Shown one piece after another: positions 1-10,734 of a DNA stretch of 64,000 bases; position 1 is the first letter of the stretch; every line of letters begins with the position of its first letter. The stretch is from contig CAVTHS010000003.1 in NCBI GenBank assembly GCA_963734535.1, forward strand, positions 288,001 to 352,000, given 5' to 3'. Position numbers and translations under genes: made by a program. Origin of the DNA: an uncultured Chloroflexia bacterium (GTDB lineage Bacteria > Chloroflexota > Limnocylindria > Limnocylindrales > CSP1-4). Below the pieces are notes generated by a model. The model was not told where the DNA came from. It saw only the letters and a list, made by a program, of their open reading frames with translations, and searched no databases.

Positions 1-909
1 GACGGCCCGCCATATGACGGCACCGGGTCGTCGGGCATCACGCTCGCCCGTACGACATCGACGATGCCCGGGGAGGGGACGGGCAGGGGTGGCCGGTTGG
101 ACGACGTGGCCCCGCCGAGCATCGGCGTCGCGCTCGCGACCGCGGAGCTCTTCGACCCCGCGACCGGACAGTGGTCCCCCACCGGCTCGATGCGCTTCGC
201 GCGGGCCGGCGCGGCGGCAGCGACCCTTGCGGATGGCCGGATCCTCGTCGTGGGGCCGAGCTCGTCGGGAAACGGGAATGGGGATGCCAGGATGGACCCG
301 AGCGTCTATGGCACGGCCGAGGTGTACGACCCAGCGACGGGACGCTTCTCGCTCGTGGGCAGCCTGCCGCCGATCGACCGTGCCGCCATCTCGGCTGCCG
401 GCGTCAGCGTCCCGACCTCCGATCCGTCGTGGACCCAGATCGGGACGCTGGTTGCGCTGCCGGACGGGGGTGCGCTCCTGGTCGGCCACAGCGACGAGTG
501 GAAGCACGAGGGCTCGGTCACGCGCAGCTTCCGGTTCGATGGGCAGACCGGGCACTGGCGGCAGGTCGGCCCGGCCAGCGCGGGCGTCAACGACTGGAAT
601 GCCGGGACGTGGCACCAGACGCCGGGCGTGGACCTGGCGGGCGCCTTCGCCGCGGCGCTACCCGGCGGGCACGTGCTCGTGGCCGGCGGCACCCTGTACA
701 ACGGGACCGACAGCTGGCAGGCGTCGCGGGTCGCCCGCCTCTACGACGCTGCGACGGACGCGTGGTCGAGCCTGCCGTCCATGCCGACCGGGCGACAGGG
801 CGGCGTGACCGTTGCCCTGGCAGACGGGTCGGCTCTCCTCGTCGGCGGGAACGAGACCTCGGCGGACTCCGAGGCCTCGACCACGGTCCGATTCATCCAG
901 TCTCCGTGA
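1..909 (+). CDS. Kelch-repeat beta-propeller protein, 5' truncated by window edge
   Basis: Frame open from base 1; repeated kelch motifs (AELFDPATGQWSPTGSMRFAR, AEVYDPATGRFS, LYDAATDAWSSLPSMPTGR, LADGxxLVVGG). Confidence 0.85.
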   Translation, partial: DGPPYDGTGSSGITLARTTSTMPGEGTGRGGRLDDVAPPSIGVALATAELFDPATGQWSPTGSMRFARAGAAAATLADGRILVVGPSSSGNGNGDARMDPSVYGTAEVYDPATGRFSLVGSLPPIDRAAISAAGVSVPTSDPSWTQIGTLVALPDGGALLVGHSDEWKHEGSVTRSFRFDGQTGHWRQVGPASAGVNDWNAGTWHQTPGVDLAGAFAAALPGGHVLVAGGTLYNGTDSWQASRVARLYDAATDAWSSLPSMPTGRQGGVTVALADGSALLVGGNETSADSEASTTVRFIQSP

Positions 910-975
910 TCGGGCGCGGACCCCTGGAAACGCGCTCCCGGGTACGATCTGATCGTCGGAAGCACGAGGGTCGTC

Positions 976-1743
976 ATGCGTTCGAAATACCGCCGCCGAC
1001 AGCCGCCCCCGCAGGACCTGCGGCCGCACGCCGGCGGCCGCACGGTCCCGATCCTTGTCGGGCTGGTCCTCATCGTCTTCGGAGCGGCGCTGGCCCTGAC
1101 GGTCGAGCGTCTCATCCCGGGCACGCCCGGCCAGGCGGCGCGTGTCTCACCAGCTCCGTCCGCCCCGCCCCAGGTGTCCTCGAGCCCGTCCGCGAGCGCC
1201 GAGGCCGTCGCGAGCATCGCGCCGACGGCCGAGCCGAGCCCGGCCGCGCCGGCCCTGGAGGCACAGATGCCGCGCACGATCAACGGCACGATCCTCACGA
1301 TCAAGAGCGCCACGAACGCGGCGAGCCTGGGCGGGGACCCGGCGAGCCGCGCGCTCAGCGCGTCGATGACGAGCCTCGGAAAGAAGCCGGACGATCTCGA
1401 GATCGCAGAGGCGTATGACCCCTCCGGAGCGCTGGCCCTGACGGTCCTCGGGTTTCGCGTGCCCGGCGTCGACCCCGTGAAGCTGCGCTCGGTCGTGCTT
1501 GAGGCCTGGTTGTCCACCGGGACGCCGGGCGTCACGTCCTCGAGCGTGACACTCTCAGGTACGCCATCGACCCAGGTCTCCTACGGCGACGCCGGCCCCA
1601 GCAACTACGTGCTCGTCCACGGGGACAGCACGTTTGTCGTCGTGACGAACGACCAGGCCCTCGCGGTCAGCGCCGTCGCCGCGATCGTGGCCCCCGCGCC
1701 AACGGCGTCCCCCGCAGCGTCGCCGTCCCCGTCCGGGGGGTAG
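976..1743 (+). CDS. Membrane-anchored hypothetical protein
   Basis: N-terminal TM (ILVGLVLIVFGAALAL), Ser/Pro/Ala linker, globular C-domain; TACGAT -10 upstream. Confidence 0.7.
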   Translation: MRSKYRRRQPPPQDLRPHAGGRTVPILVGLVLIVFGAALALTVERLIPGTPGQAARVSPAPSAPPQVSSSPSASAEAVASIAPTAEPSPAAPALEAQMPRTINGTILTIKSATNAASLGGDPASRALSASMTSLGKKPDDLEIAEAYDPSGALALTVLGFRVPGVDPVKLRSVVLEAWLSTGTPGVTSSSVTLSGTPSTQVSYGDAGPSNYVLVHGDSTFVVVTNDQALAVSAVAAIVAPAPTASPAASPSPSGG

Positions 1744-1993
1744 GGCAGGCCGTGGCCGGTCGGCACGACGGGCTCCGAGCGCTGGTCAGGGCAGGGGTCG
1801 CCAGAGACTCCCGAGGAGGATCGAGACCGCCGCGAGCAGGGCGCCGAGGGCGACGAACCCGAATCCGATCTCGGTCACCTCGTGAATCGGCGGCCCGCTG
1901 CGCGGCGTCCAAGGGTAGCGGACCGGTATCGCTCACACCGTCCGCCGGGACGAGGCCTCGAACCGGATGACGGCTCAGGCTTCCGCCCGGATC

Positions 1994-3547
1994 CTACGTG
2001 GACACGGCGACGACGGGCGAGGACCCGAGGGTCGCCCCCCGGGCGTCCCGCGCCACGGCCCGGACGAAGGCCGCGGCCCCCGCGACCGGGATGGAGGTCT
2101 CGAAGCCGGTTCGAGGTGCGGAACCGGCGCGCGTCAGCGCAGCCGCGCTCGATCCGGCGAGCACGTCCCAGCTGGCGACCTCCGTGGCGCCGTTCCAGCT
2201 TGCGAACGCGGTGACGACGCCCCCGGGACCGGCGACCGCGGCCGCTGCCGGAACGTCGCCCGGGCGGCCCGTCCATGGCGAGCGGAAGTTCCGGTACGAC
2301 TGGACGGCGGCAGGGTAGGTGGCATCGAAGACGAGCTCGCCGGTCCCCGAGAACTCGCTCACGTAGCCCGCGTCGCCCCACCCCACGAGGTAGTTGCCGC
2401 GCGGAAGGACCTGGAGGTTGCCCTGGCTCCTCGCGAACAGGGGCGTTGGGTGATCGAAGGCGCGCAGGAGGCTCGCCGTCCTGGCCTCTTCGTCGAGCTG
2501 CAGGACGATCGCCCGGGAGTGGGCGGGGCTCGCGCTGTCATCGAAGATCGTCAGCGTCCCGTCCGCCTGGCGGCGCGCGTCATGCTGCCACGAGAAGCCG
2601 GCCCCCGCGCCCATCTCGAAGTCGCTGCGCTTCCCGCCGAGTCGCCAGACGATCTCGCCGGTGGTCCGGTCGATCTTGTAGACGGTCGACGTGTTGCGCG
2701 CCGAGATGAGCAGGCTGCCGTCCCGGTCGACATCGATCGAGTTGGCATGGACGTAGTCGTAGATCGCGGCCGCGTCGGCGGTGAACGGGACGAATGACTC
2801 GTCGATCGCGATGTGGTCAACCGTGTGCCATTCGAACAGGACGGTACCGGTCTGCAGGTCGATCTCCTGGACTGCGCAGTCCAGCACCTGGCCGGACAGC
2901 GCGGCGCCGCCGGGCGCGGACGCCGCGGGAACGCCGGCGTCGGCCAGCAGGAGCGCCGTGCCCTGCGGGGTGAGCTGGAACTCGTGGAGGTCGGCCCGCC
3001 GCCCGTTGCCGGCCCGTACGCGGGCGATCTCGCCGTACGTGTGGTCGGTGAGGACGACGTCGCCCGTCCCGATCCCGCCGTTGACGGACCCTTCCCACCA
3101 CGCGAGGATGGGCTGCCCGCCAAGATCCACCACGTTGAAGTTCGTGACCTGCGTCCCGCTGTCCGGCCGGAGCCAGACCAGGTCGCCCGCGTTGGTGAAG
3201 ATGGCCGGGCCGTCGCTTCCGCTTCCATTCGACGGCGTGCAGAACAGGAGCCCGGGCGCCACGGCGCCCGCGGGAACCTGCACGAGGACCTGCGGCGGGG
3301 TCAGGTCCGGCCGTGAGCGGTAGTGGTGCCGGAACGCCGAGTAGTCAGCGGACGGCCGTGGGGACGTGGGAGCGGGGGTCCCGTCCAGCACTCCCATGGA
3401 CGCGCCGGGCGCGCTCGTGCGGCCCTGCCCGTTGCCACCCTCGAGCGCCGCTGCGGCGACCACGGCCGCGGCGCCGCCGGCCGCTGCAAGACCAAGCGAT
3501 GCAAGGAATCGTCGCCGGCTCAGGCGCGCCTGGGCGGGCTCATCCAC
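1994..3547 (-). CDS. Tat-exported arylsulfotransferase (ASST-family) protein
   Basis: SRRRFL Tat motif; DLHEF, YDYVHANSI, LLISARNTS, WRLGG, FSWQHDAR, SQGNLQ motifs. Confidence 0.85.
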   Translation of the reverse strand: MDEPAQARLSRRRFLASLGLAAAGGAAAVVAAAALEGGNGQGRTSAPGASMGVLDGTPAPTSPRPSADYSAFRHHYRSRPDLTPPQVLVQVPAGAVAPGLLFCTPSNGSGSDGPAIFTNAGDLVWLRPDSGTQVTNFNVVDLGGQPILAWWEGSVNGGIGTGDVVLTDHTYGEIARVRAGNGRRADLHEFQLTPQGTALLLADAGVPAASAPGGAALSGQVLDCAVQEIDLQTGTVLFEWHTVDHIAIDESFVPFTADAAAIYDYVHANSIDVDRDGSLLISARNTSTVYKIDRTTGEIVWRLGGKRSDFEMGAGAGFSWQHDARRQADGTLTIFDDSASPAHSRAIVLQLDEEARTASLLRAFDHPTPLFARSQGNLQVLPRGNYLVGWGDAGYVSEFSGTGELVFDATYPAAVQSYRNFRSPWTGRPGDVPAAAAVAGPGGVVTAFASWNGATEVASWDVLAGSSAAALTRAGSAPRTGFETSIPVAGAAAFVRAVARDARGATLGSSPVVAVST

Positions 3548-3891
3548 CCTTCACCTCCCCGTCGGCGGCGCCGCGTCGCGGGGGCCTGCGGATGGAGGTC
3601 CGCGAATGGGCCGCGAGGCAGCCGGTTGACCGGCCCGATGTGCGGGACGCGCGTCGGCAAGCCGCAGTCTCGCGTGGAACGCTGAAAGGCGTCTGAAGCC
3701 AATCGTCGCCGGCACGAGCGCCGCCAGCAGGCGACGGCTGGATACGACCGCCGTCATCCGGCCGTTCGATGGGGGGGTCGACGGGGACCCGGCCGGCAGC
3801 GCCGGACTCACGGGCGCTGCCCGGGGGCGTGGAAGGCGTCGGACCGTACAATGGCCTCTCCACGCATCACCCTGCCGGAGGACCCGCGTCC

Positions 3892-4282
3892 GTGCCGCCG
3901 ATCGCCGAGCTCACCCGGATCGAGCCGATCCACCGCGAGCGCCTTGCTCGGCAGGGCGTCTTCACGACCGGTCTGCTGCTGGAGGTGTCTGAGACACCGA
4001 CGCGACGGCAGACGCTGGCCGACCAGGTGGACGCGTCGACGAACGACGTGCTCCGCTGGCGCGACGAGGCGCTGCTCCTCAATCTCGCGGGGTTCGGGTC
4101 GCCGGAGCACGACCTGTTCGCGTTCGCGGGATTCGAGGGGCTGGGCGCGGTGCTGAAGGTCGGACCTCGCCACGTTCCGCGCGGCGATCGCCCGCGCCGC
4201 CGGGCGACTCCAGGTCGTGCCGCCCACCGATCTCGTGGTCGAGACGTGGTGGGAGCAGGCCCGAACGCTGCAGGACGAATGA
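3892..4282 (+). CDS. DUF4332-like HhH protein (frameshift ~4160)
   Basis: IAELTRIEP..RLARQGVFTT..LL..RRQTLA..VLRW pattern; continues in another frame to ..ETWWEQARTLQDE*; GGAGGA SD. Confidence 0.6.
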
Positions 4283-4957
4283 CGCTCGTCGCGGCGGCGT
4301 CGTCACGGGAACGCACCTGGCGCCTGCCGGCCGGACTCGTCGTCGGGACCGCCACGATCCTCACGCTCGTGGGGATCGCGATCGGGCTCTTCTTCAACCC
4401 CGTCTGGGTCTCGTTCGAGCAGGGTCGCACGCGCGCCGACCTGTGGACGGGTTACACGCCCGAGACCGTACGCACGGTCACGGACTCGGTCCTCGCCGAG
4501 GTCTACCTCGGTCCCGGCACGTTCGCCCAGTCCGTCGACGGCACGCCCGTCTTCAACGAACGAGAGCGCGCCCACATGGCCAACGTGCGCGGAGTGGTCG
4601 TCGTCTTCTTCGGGCTGGTCCTCGTGGCCGCGGCGGTTCTGCTGGTCGGCGGGTTCCGATCCCGTGGCGCGGCCTGGTACTGGCGCGCAATTGCCCGTGG
4701 GTCGGCCGTCCTGGCCATCGGCGCGGTGGTCGTCGGCATCGCGTTCGCGCTCGCCTTCGAGCAGGCGTTCACCGCTGTTCCACGACCTCTTCTTCGCCCC
4801 CGGGACGTGGAGCTTCGACCCCGCCACCGACCGCCTGGTGCAGCTCTTCCCGGACGCGTTCTGGACGGAGACGAGCGTCGCGATCGCGATCGCCGGCCTC
4901 GTGCTCACCCTCGCCACCTGGGCGTTCGCGCGACACCGCGCGCTCGGGGAGGCCTGA
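4279..4957 (+). CDS. DUF1461/TIGR01906-type integral membrane protein (frameshift ~4770)
   Basis: FNERERAHMANVR, then FHDLFFAPGTWSFDPATDRLVQLFPDAFW in shifted frame. Confidence 0.8.
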
Positions 4958-4958
4958 C

Positions 4959-6108
4959 GTGCTGATGCGCGGGATCCCGGTGGCGCGGATCCTGGGCACG
5001 GAGATCAGGGTCCACCTGTCGTGGACCCTGATCGCGGCATTCCTCGTGGCGTCGCTCGGGGCCGTGGACCTGCCGGGGCGCTATCCGGCGTGGCCGAGCG
5101 GCCTGGCGTGGGCCGTGGCCGTGGCGGCCGGGGCCGGCTTCTTCTGCGCGGTGCTGCTCCACGAGCTGGCCCACCTCGCCGTCGGGCGCCGCGCCGATGT
5201 CGCGCCGGCGTCGGTGACGCTCCTCCTCTTCGGCGGCGTCGCCGCCGCGGAGCGTGGCGCGCGCTCTGCCGCCTGGGAGGCCGCGATTGCCGTCGCCGGG
5301 CCACTGGCGAGCATCGTGATCGGGGTTGCCGCGCTCAGCCTCGCGGGCATCGTCGGGGCTCCAACCACCCCGAGCGTCGCGGGCCAGGCGCTCGGGGAGG
5401 CCCTCGCGGTCGTTGGGCTGCTGAGCTGCTTCGTCGGGCTGGTGAACCTGGCACCGGTCTTCCCGCTCGACGGCAGCCGTCTGCTGCGCGCGCTGGCCTG
5501 GCAGCTGACCGGGGAGGAGGGACGCGGCACGCGGATCGCCGGCGCCGCCGGCCGCCTGATCGGCCTCGGGATGATGGGCGGCGGCGTGCTGCTGGCGTTC
5601 ACCGGCGACCTCGTCGACGGGTTCTTCCTGGGCATGCTGGGCTGGTTCGTCCGGGGTTCCAGCGGTGCCCAGGCTCGCCAGGAAGCCCTCGAGGGACTCA
5701 TCGCGGACGCGACGGTCGGTGACGCGATGGAGCGCGATCTCCCGATGGTCCCGCCGCAGGTGACGCTGGACACGTTCGCGGCCGTGCTCTCCGGCCCGGA
5801 GCCCGTCTCCGTGGTCCGGGTCATGTCCGGCGAGCACCTGGTGGGGCTCGTCGGACGGCGCGAGCTCCGGCGCGCGGGACGATCCGCGTGGGCAGCGGAC
5901 GCAGGCGGCGGTCGCCATGACGCCCGCCGACCTGCTCCCGGCGGTCGCCACCGGCGACGGGCTGGGCTCCGCCATCGAGCGGCTCCAGGCGTCCAACGTC
6001 GAGGGCCTGCCCGTGGTCGACGGCGGCGAGCTCGTGGGGATCCTCACCCGGTACGGGATCGGCCGGCTGGTCCACGAGCGATCGCGGCAGGCGCGGCTCC
6101 CGCGATGA
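4959..6108 (+). CDS. Site-2 protease (M50) with CBS pair (frameshift ~5895)
   Basis: GTEIRVHLSW, LLHELAH, AVAGPLAS, NLAPVFPLDG; CBS motifs (LPVVDGGELVGILT). Confidence 0.85.
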
Positions 6109-7440
6109 ACGAGCTGCTTCCGATCGAGGTTGCGCGGGCCCAGGTGCTGGCCGCCATCCCGGCCGCGCTGCCTCCCGAGACGGTGGCGCTCGCCGACGCC
6201 CTTGGCCGCGTGCTGTCCGAGGACGTTTCGGCCGCCACCGACCTGCCGCCGTGGGACAACTCGGCCATGGACGGGTACGCGATCCGTGCGGCGGACGTCG
6301 CCGGCGCGACCGAGATCTCGGCGGCGATGCTGCGCGTGACCGGCGAGGTCGCCGCGGGCGCCGCGGCCGACGCGGCCGTTCTCGCGGGAACCGCCATGCG
6401 GATCGCGACCGGCGCCCCGATGCCGCCCGGCGCGGACGCGGTCGTTGCCGTGGAGCAGACGACGCCGATCGCGGCCGACGGGTCGGCCGGGCTGCGCGGC
6501 CGCGAGGCCACCGGGCCTCTGCCGGCGCGGATCCGCGTCCACGAGGCGACCCAGCCGGTCCGGAATGTCCGGCTCCGCGCGAGCGACCTGCAGGCGCGGG
6601 CGCCGATCCTCGCGGCCGGCCGCGCCATCGGCCCGGCCGAGCTGGCGATCATCGCTGCCGGCGGCGTGGCGCACGTGGCGGTCCATCGCCGGCCGCGGGT
6701 GGCGGTGCTCTCAACGGGGGACGAGCTTCGACGGGCCGGCAGCGACCTTGGGAGTGCCGGGATCCCGGATTCGAACGGGCCGGCGCTCGTGGCCCTCTGC
6801 GCGGCTGCCGGCGCCGATGCGCGCCACGTCGGCATCGCCCCGGACCGCCTGGAGCCCACGCTCGATCTCCTTCGCGTGGCGCTCGAGGATGCGGACCTCG
6901 TGATCGTCAGCGGCGGCGTCTCCGTGGGACCGTACGACGTGGTGCGCGGCGCCTTCGCCCGAGGTCGGCACGGTTGACCTGTGGCGCGCGGCGATCCAGC
7001 CGGGCAAGCCGTTCGCCTTCGGCACGGCCCCGCGCCCCGGCGTTCCGTCAGGCCCGGCGGTGCTCCTGTTCGGGCTGCCAGGAAACCCGGTCTCGGTCTT
7101 CGTGACCTTCGAGGTGTTCGTCCGGCCGGCCCTGCGTCGCCTGGCCGGCCGCGCCGACGATGCCCTGTTGCGGCCGGTCGACGCCGCCGTTCTCGAGGAA
7201 CCGGTCACCAAGTCCATCGGTCGGCGGACCTTCCTGCGCGTGGCGGCGCTCCGTGACCCCGTCACCGGGACGCCGATCCGCGACGCGATGGGCCGCGTCC
7301 GGGTCTCGCTGGCCGGCGGGCAGGAGAGCCACCAGCTGTCGGCGCTCGCGGCCGCCGACGCGCTCGCGGTCGTGCCAGAATCGGTCGCGGGCCTGCCGGC
7401 GGGCGCCGGGGTCGATCTCTGGTGGCTCGACCGCGCCTGA
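6105..7440 (+). CDS. moeA: Molybdopterin molybdotransferase (frameshift ~6960)
   Basis: PPWDNSAMDGYA, RIATGAPMPPGADAVV, STGDEL, SGGVSVG, GLPGNPVS. Confidence 0.92.
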
Positions 7441-7503
7441 CGGTCCGCACAGGAGCCGGCCGGCCGGCACGCCGACCGGGCGGATTCCCGGGACGGAGGT
7501 GGC

Positions 7504-8164
7504 ATGGACGAGCGATCGCAGCCCCGGGCGGGTCGCCGCCGGCTGACCCACGTGGACCGCGGCGGCCGGCCGCGGATGGTGGACATCTCGGCCAAGCCGA
7601 TCACGGCCCGCCGGGCCGTGGCCGAGGCCGAGGTCGTCTGCAGCCAGGAGACGCTGAGCCTGGTCATCGACGGCCGGGGACCGAAGGGCGATGTCCTGAC
7701 GGTGGCGGAGATCGCGGGCGTCATGGGCGGCAAGCGGACGTCCGACCTGATCCCGCTCTGCCACCCCCTGGCGCTGACCGACCTGGTGGTCTCCATCACC
7801 CCGGATCGCGCCGCGTCCGCCCTGCGGATCCGGGCCGAGGCGGCGACGGTCGGGCCCGACCGGGGTCGAGATGGAGGCGCTCGTCGCCGCGAGCGTCGCG
7901 GCCCTCACGGTCTACGACATGGTGAAGGGCGTCGAGAAGGGCGTCGAGATCCGGCATGTCCGCCTCGTCAGCAAGGTCGGCGGCAAGTCCGGCGAGTGGC
8001 GGCGCGAGGGATCGGACCTGCCGCAGGCACCGGCCGCCCCACCGGCTGGCGTGCCCATGAGCGGGTTCGTCCCGAGCGCCCCGCCCGTATCCCGGCCGAA
8101 GGGCGTCCGCGGCCCGGCGCGCGCCGGTGGAATCCGTCGGCCGGGGCGCAGGCCGGGGCCCTGA
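7504..8164 (+). CDS. moaC: Cyclic pyranopterin monophosphate synthase (frameshift ~7858)
   Basis: [25 protein letters not shown]; [14 protein letters not shown] and KVGGKSG in shifted frame. Confidence 0.92.
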
Positions 8165-8167
8165 TCG

Positions 8168-8677
8168 ATGGCAGCCGGCGCCCGGACCGCCTTCGTCCTC
8201 ACCGTCAGCGATCGCGGCTCGACGGGCGATCGGGCGGACACGTCCGGCGACGGGCTGGCCGCGCGCCTGGCCTGCTCGGGTTCGCCGTCGAGCGCGAGAT
8301 GGTCCCCGACGAGCGCCGGCGGATCGAGTCCATGCTCGTGGCCGCGGCCTCACGGCACCCGCTGGTCGTCACGACCGGCGGGACCGGCCTCACGCCGCGC
8401 GACGTGACGCCCCAGGCCACCCTCGCGGTGATCGACTACCAGGTGCCCGGCTTCGCGGAGGCGATGCGCGCCGACGGACGCGCGAAGACGCCGATGGCGA
8501 TCCTGTCGAGGGCGGTGGTCGGCGTTCGTGGGCAAGACGCTGATCGTCAACCTGCCGGGCAGCCCGCGCGCTGCGCTCGAGTCGCTTGCCGTGCTCGAGC
8601 CGGTCCTGGATCACGCGCTCGAGACGCTGCGAGGCCCGCACGAGCACGCCGGGTGGGGGAGCGAGGCGGGCGGCTGA
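8168..8677 (+). CDS. mog: MogA/MoaB molybdopterin adenylyltransferase (frameshifts ~8270, ~8530)
   Basis: VLTVSDR..DTSG; TTGGTGLTPRDVTPQAT; LIVNLPGSP in three successive frames. Confidence 0.85.
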
Positions 8678-8750
8678 CGGCAGACGTTCGGGCGCTCGCC
8701 AGGTGCCACGCACGCATCGCCGGCACGGCGGCCGGTGCTAGGATCGGCGC

Positions 8751-9917
8751 GTGACGGCAGCCCCCGCCCTCGGCCGGCTCACCGACGACCAGCGCGCCAT
8801 CCGTGACGCGGTTCGGACGCTCGCCCGTGACCGGGTCGCGCCGCGCGCCGCGGAGATCGACCGGACGGCCACCTTCCCGGAGGACCTGCGGCTGCTGCTC
8901 GCGGAGCAGGGGATCCTGGGCCTGCCCTTCCCGGAGCGATTCGGCGGGCTGGGGGCGGATCTGCTGACGGTCTGCCTGGCGATCGAGGCGCTCTCGGCGG
9001 CCTGCGCCACGACCGGCCTGATCCTCGCCGTCCAGGAGCTCGGCGCGCTGCCGCTGCTCCTCGCCGGGACCGAGGAGCAGCTCGCTCGGTTCGTACCGGG
9101 GCTCGCCGCCGGGAGCGACCTGATCGCCTTCGCCCTGACCGAAGCCGATGCCGGCTCGGACGCGGCGGCCGTGCGCACCCGCGCGGTCCGCGACGGGGAG
9201 ACGTACCTGATCTCCGGCACGAAACGCTTCATCAGCCACGGGAGCGTCGCGAGCCTGGTGACCGTCTTCGCCGTGACGGACCCGGAGGCAGATCGCCGCC
9301 GCCGGCTCTCCGCGTTCGTCGTCGAGACGGCCAGCCCGGGCTTCTCCGTGAGCCGGCTCGAGCACAAGATGGGCATCCGCGGCTCGCCCACCGCGGAGCT
9401 TGCCTTCGACGAGGTGCGGGTGCCGATCGCAAACCGGATCGGAGCCGAGGGCGACGGGTTCGGCCTCGCGATGCGCACGCTGGATCGGTCGCGGCCCGGG
9501 ATCGCGGCCCAGGCGGTGGGAATCGCGCAGGGAGCGCTCGAAGCGGCCGCCGCGTACGCGGGCCAGCGGCGCCAGTTCGGCAAGTCGATCGGCGAGTTCC
9601 AGCTGGTCCAGGGGCTGCTCGCGGACATGGACGCCCGGACCGAGGCGGCGCGGCAGCTCCTGTACACCGCCTGCGAGGAGATCGAGCGCGGCGCACCCGA
9701 CGCGGGGCGGTGGTCGGCGCTGTGTAAACTCGTGGCGGGGGACGCGGCGATGGCCGTCACCACCGATGCGGTCCAGGTCTTCGGCGGCTACGGTTACCTC
9801 GATGACTTCCCAGTGGAGCGGATGATGCGCGACGCGAAGATCACCCAGCTCTACGAAGGGACGCAGCAGATCCAGCGGCTCGTCATCGCCCGAGCGCTGC
9901 TCGCCCGCGACGCCTAA
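8751..9917 (+). CDS. Acyl-CoA dehydrogenase
   Basis: FALTEADAGSD, GTKRFIS, KMGIRGSPT, RRQFGK, QVFGGYGY, RDAKITQLYEGT. Confidence 0.95.
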   Translation: MTAAPALGRLTDDQRAIRDAVRTLARDRVAPRAAEIDRTATFPEDLRLLLAEQGILGLPFPERFGGLGADLLTVCLAIEALSAACATTGLILAVQELGALPLLLAGTEEQLARFVPGLAAGSDLIAFALTEADAGSDAAAVRTRAVRDGETYLISGTKRFISHGSVASLVTVFAVTDPEADRRRRLSAFVVETASPGFSVSRLEHKMGIRGSPTAELAFDEVRVPIANRIGAEGDGFGLAMRTLDRSRPGIAAQAVGIAQGALEAAAAYAGQRRQFGKSIGEFQLVQGLLADMDARTEAARQLLYTACEEIERGAPDAGRWSALCKLVAGDAAMAVTTDAVQVFGGYGYLDDFPVERMMRDAKITQLYEGTQQIQRLVIARALLARDA

Positions 9918-9957
9918 TCGCCACCCGTTCGCTTCACGCCAGGGAGAGATCCAGATC

Positions 9958-10734
9958 GTGCGGATCGTGGTGCTCATGAAGCCGGTGCCCGACCCCGGCG
10001 AGGAACGCCTCGGCGACGATGGGCGGCTGGATCGCTCGGTGAGCGCGGTGATCAACGGCAACGACGAGTACGTCCTCGAGGCCGCGCTGCAGCTCGTGGA
10101 GGCGCACGGGGGCGAGGTGACCCTCCTCTCGATGGCGCCGGCCGGCATGACCGATCCCATCCGCAAGGCCCTCGCGATGGGCGCCGTGCGCGCGGTCCTG
10201 GTGACCGATCCCGCGCTCGCCGGCGCCTGCACCTGGTCCACCACCCAGGTGCTCGCCGCCGCGCTTCGCACCCTCGAGTACGACCTCGTGCTGGCCGGGG
10301 CCGACACGTCCGACGGCGGCGGCGGGGTGGTCGGGTCCGCGATCGCAACCCTGCTGCACCACCCCTATCTCTCCCACGCGCGGAAGATCGAGCCATTCGA
10401 GGGCGGCGTCCGCGTGGAGCGCATCAGCGCCGTCGGCCACGACGTGCTGGAGGCGGCCCTGCCCGCGGTCGTGGCCGGGACGCAGCTCCTGGGGGAGCCC
10501 CGCTACCCGTCACTGCGCGGGATCATGGGCGCACGCTCGAAGGAGATCGCGATCCGGACGCTCGAGGAGATCGGGCTCGACGACAAACCCGTCGGCGGTG
10601 CGCACGCCACGACGACGCTGCTCGACACTCGCGCACCCGCCGCACGCGGCTCGACGCGCGTGGTTCGCGACCTGGACCCCGCCGCCGCCGCCGCGGCGAT
10701 CGTCGACTTCCTCGTCGAACGGCGGGCCCTGTGA
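9958..10734 (+). CDS. etfB: Electron transfer flavoprotein beta subunit
   Basis: MRIVVLMKPVPD, ALAMGA, EPRYPSLRGIM. Confidence 0.92.
   Translation: MRIVVLMKPVPDPGEERLGDDGRLDRSVSAVINGNDEYVLEAALQLVEAHGGEVTLLSMAPAGMTDPIRKALAMGAVRAVLVTDPALAGACTWSTTQVLAAALRTLEYDLVLAGADTSDGGGGVVGSAIATLLHHPYLSHARKIEPFEGGVRVERISAVGHDVLEAALPAVVAGTQLLGEPRYPSLRGIMGARSKEIAIRTLEEIGLDDKPVGGAHATTTLLDTRAPAARGSTRVVRDLDPAAAAAAIVDFLVERRAL

Noticed and set aside
4443-6977. Apparent 844-aa S2P-MoeA fusion, and similar DUF4332-DUF1461 and MoaC-Mog read-throughs in the ORF track
   Set aside because: Artefacts of frameshifts; each gene has its own stop and start once frames are repaired.
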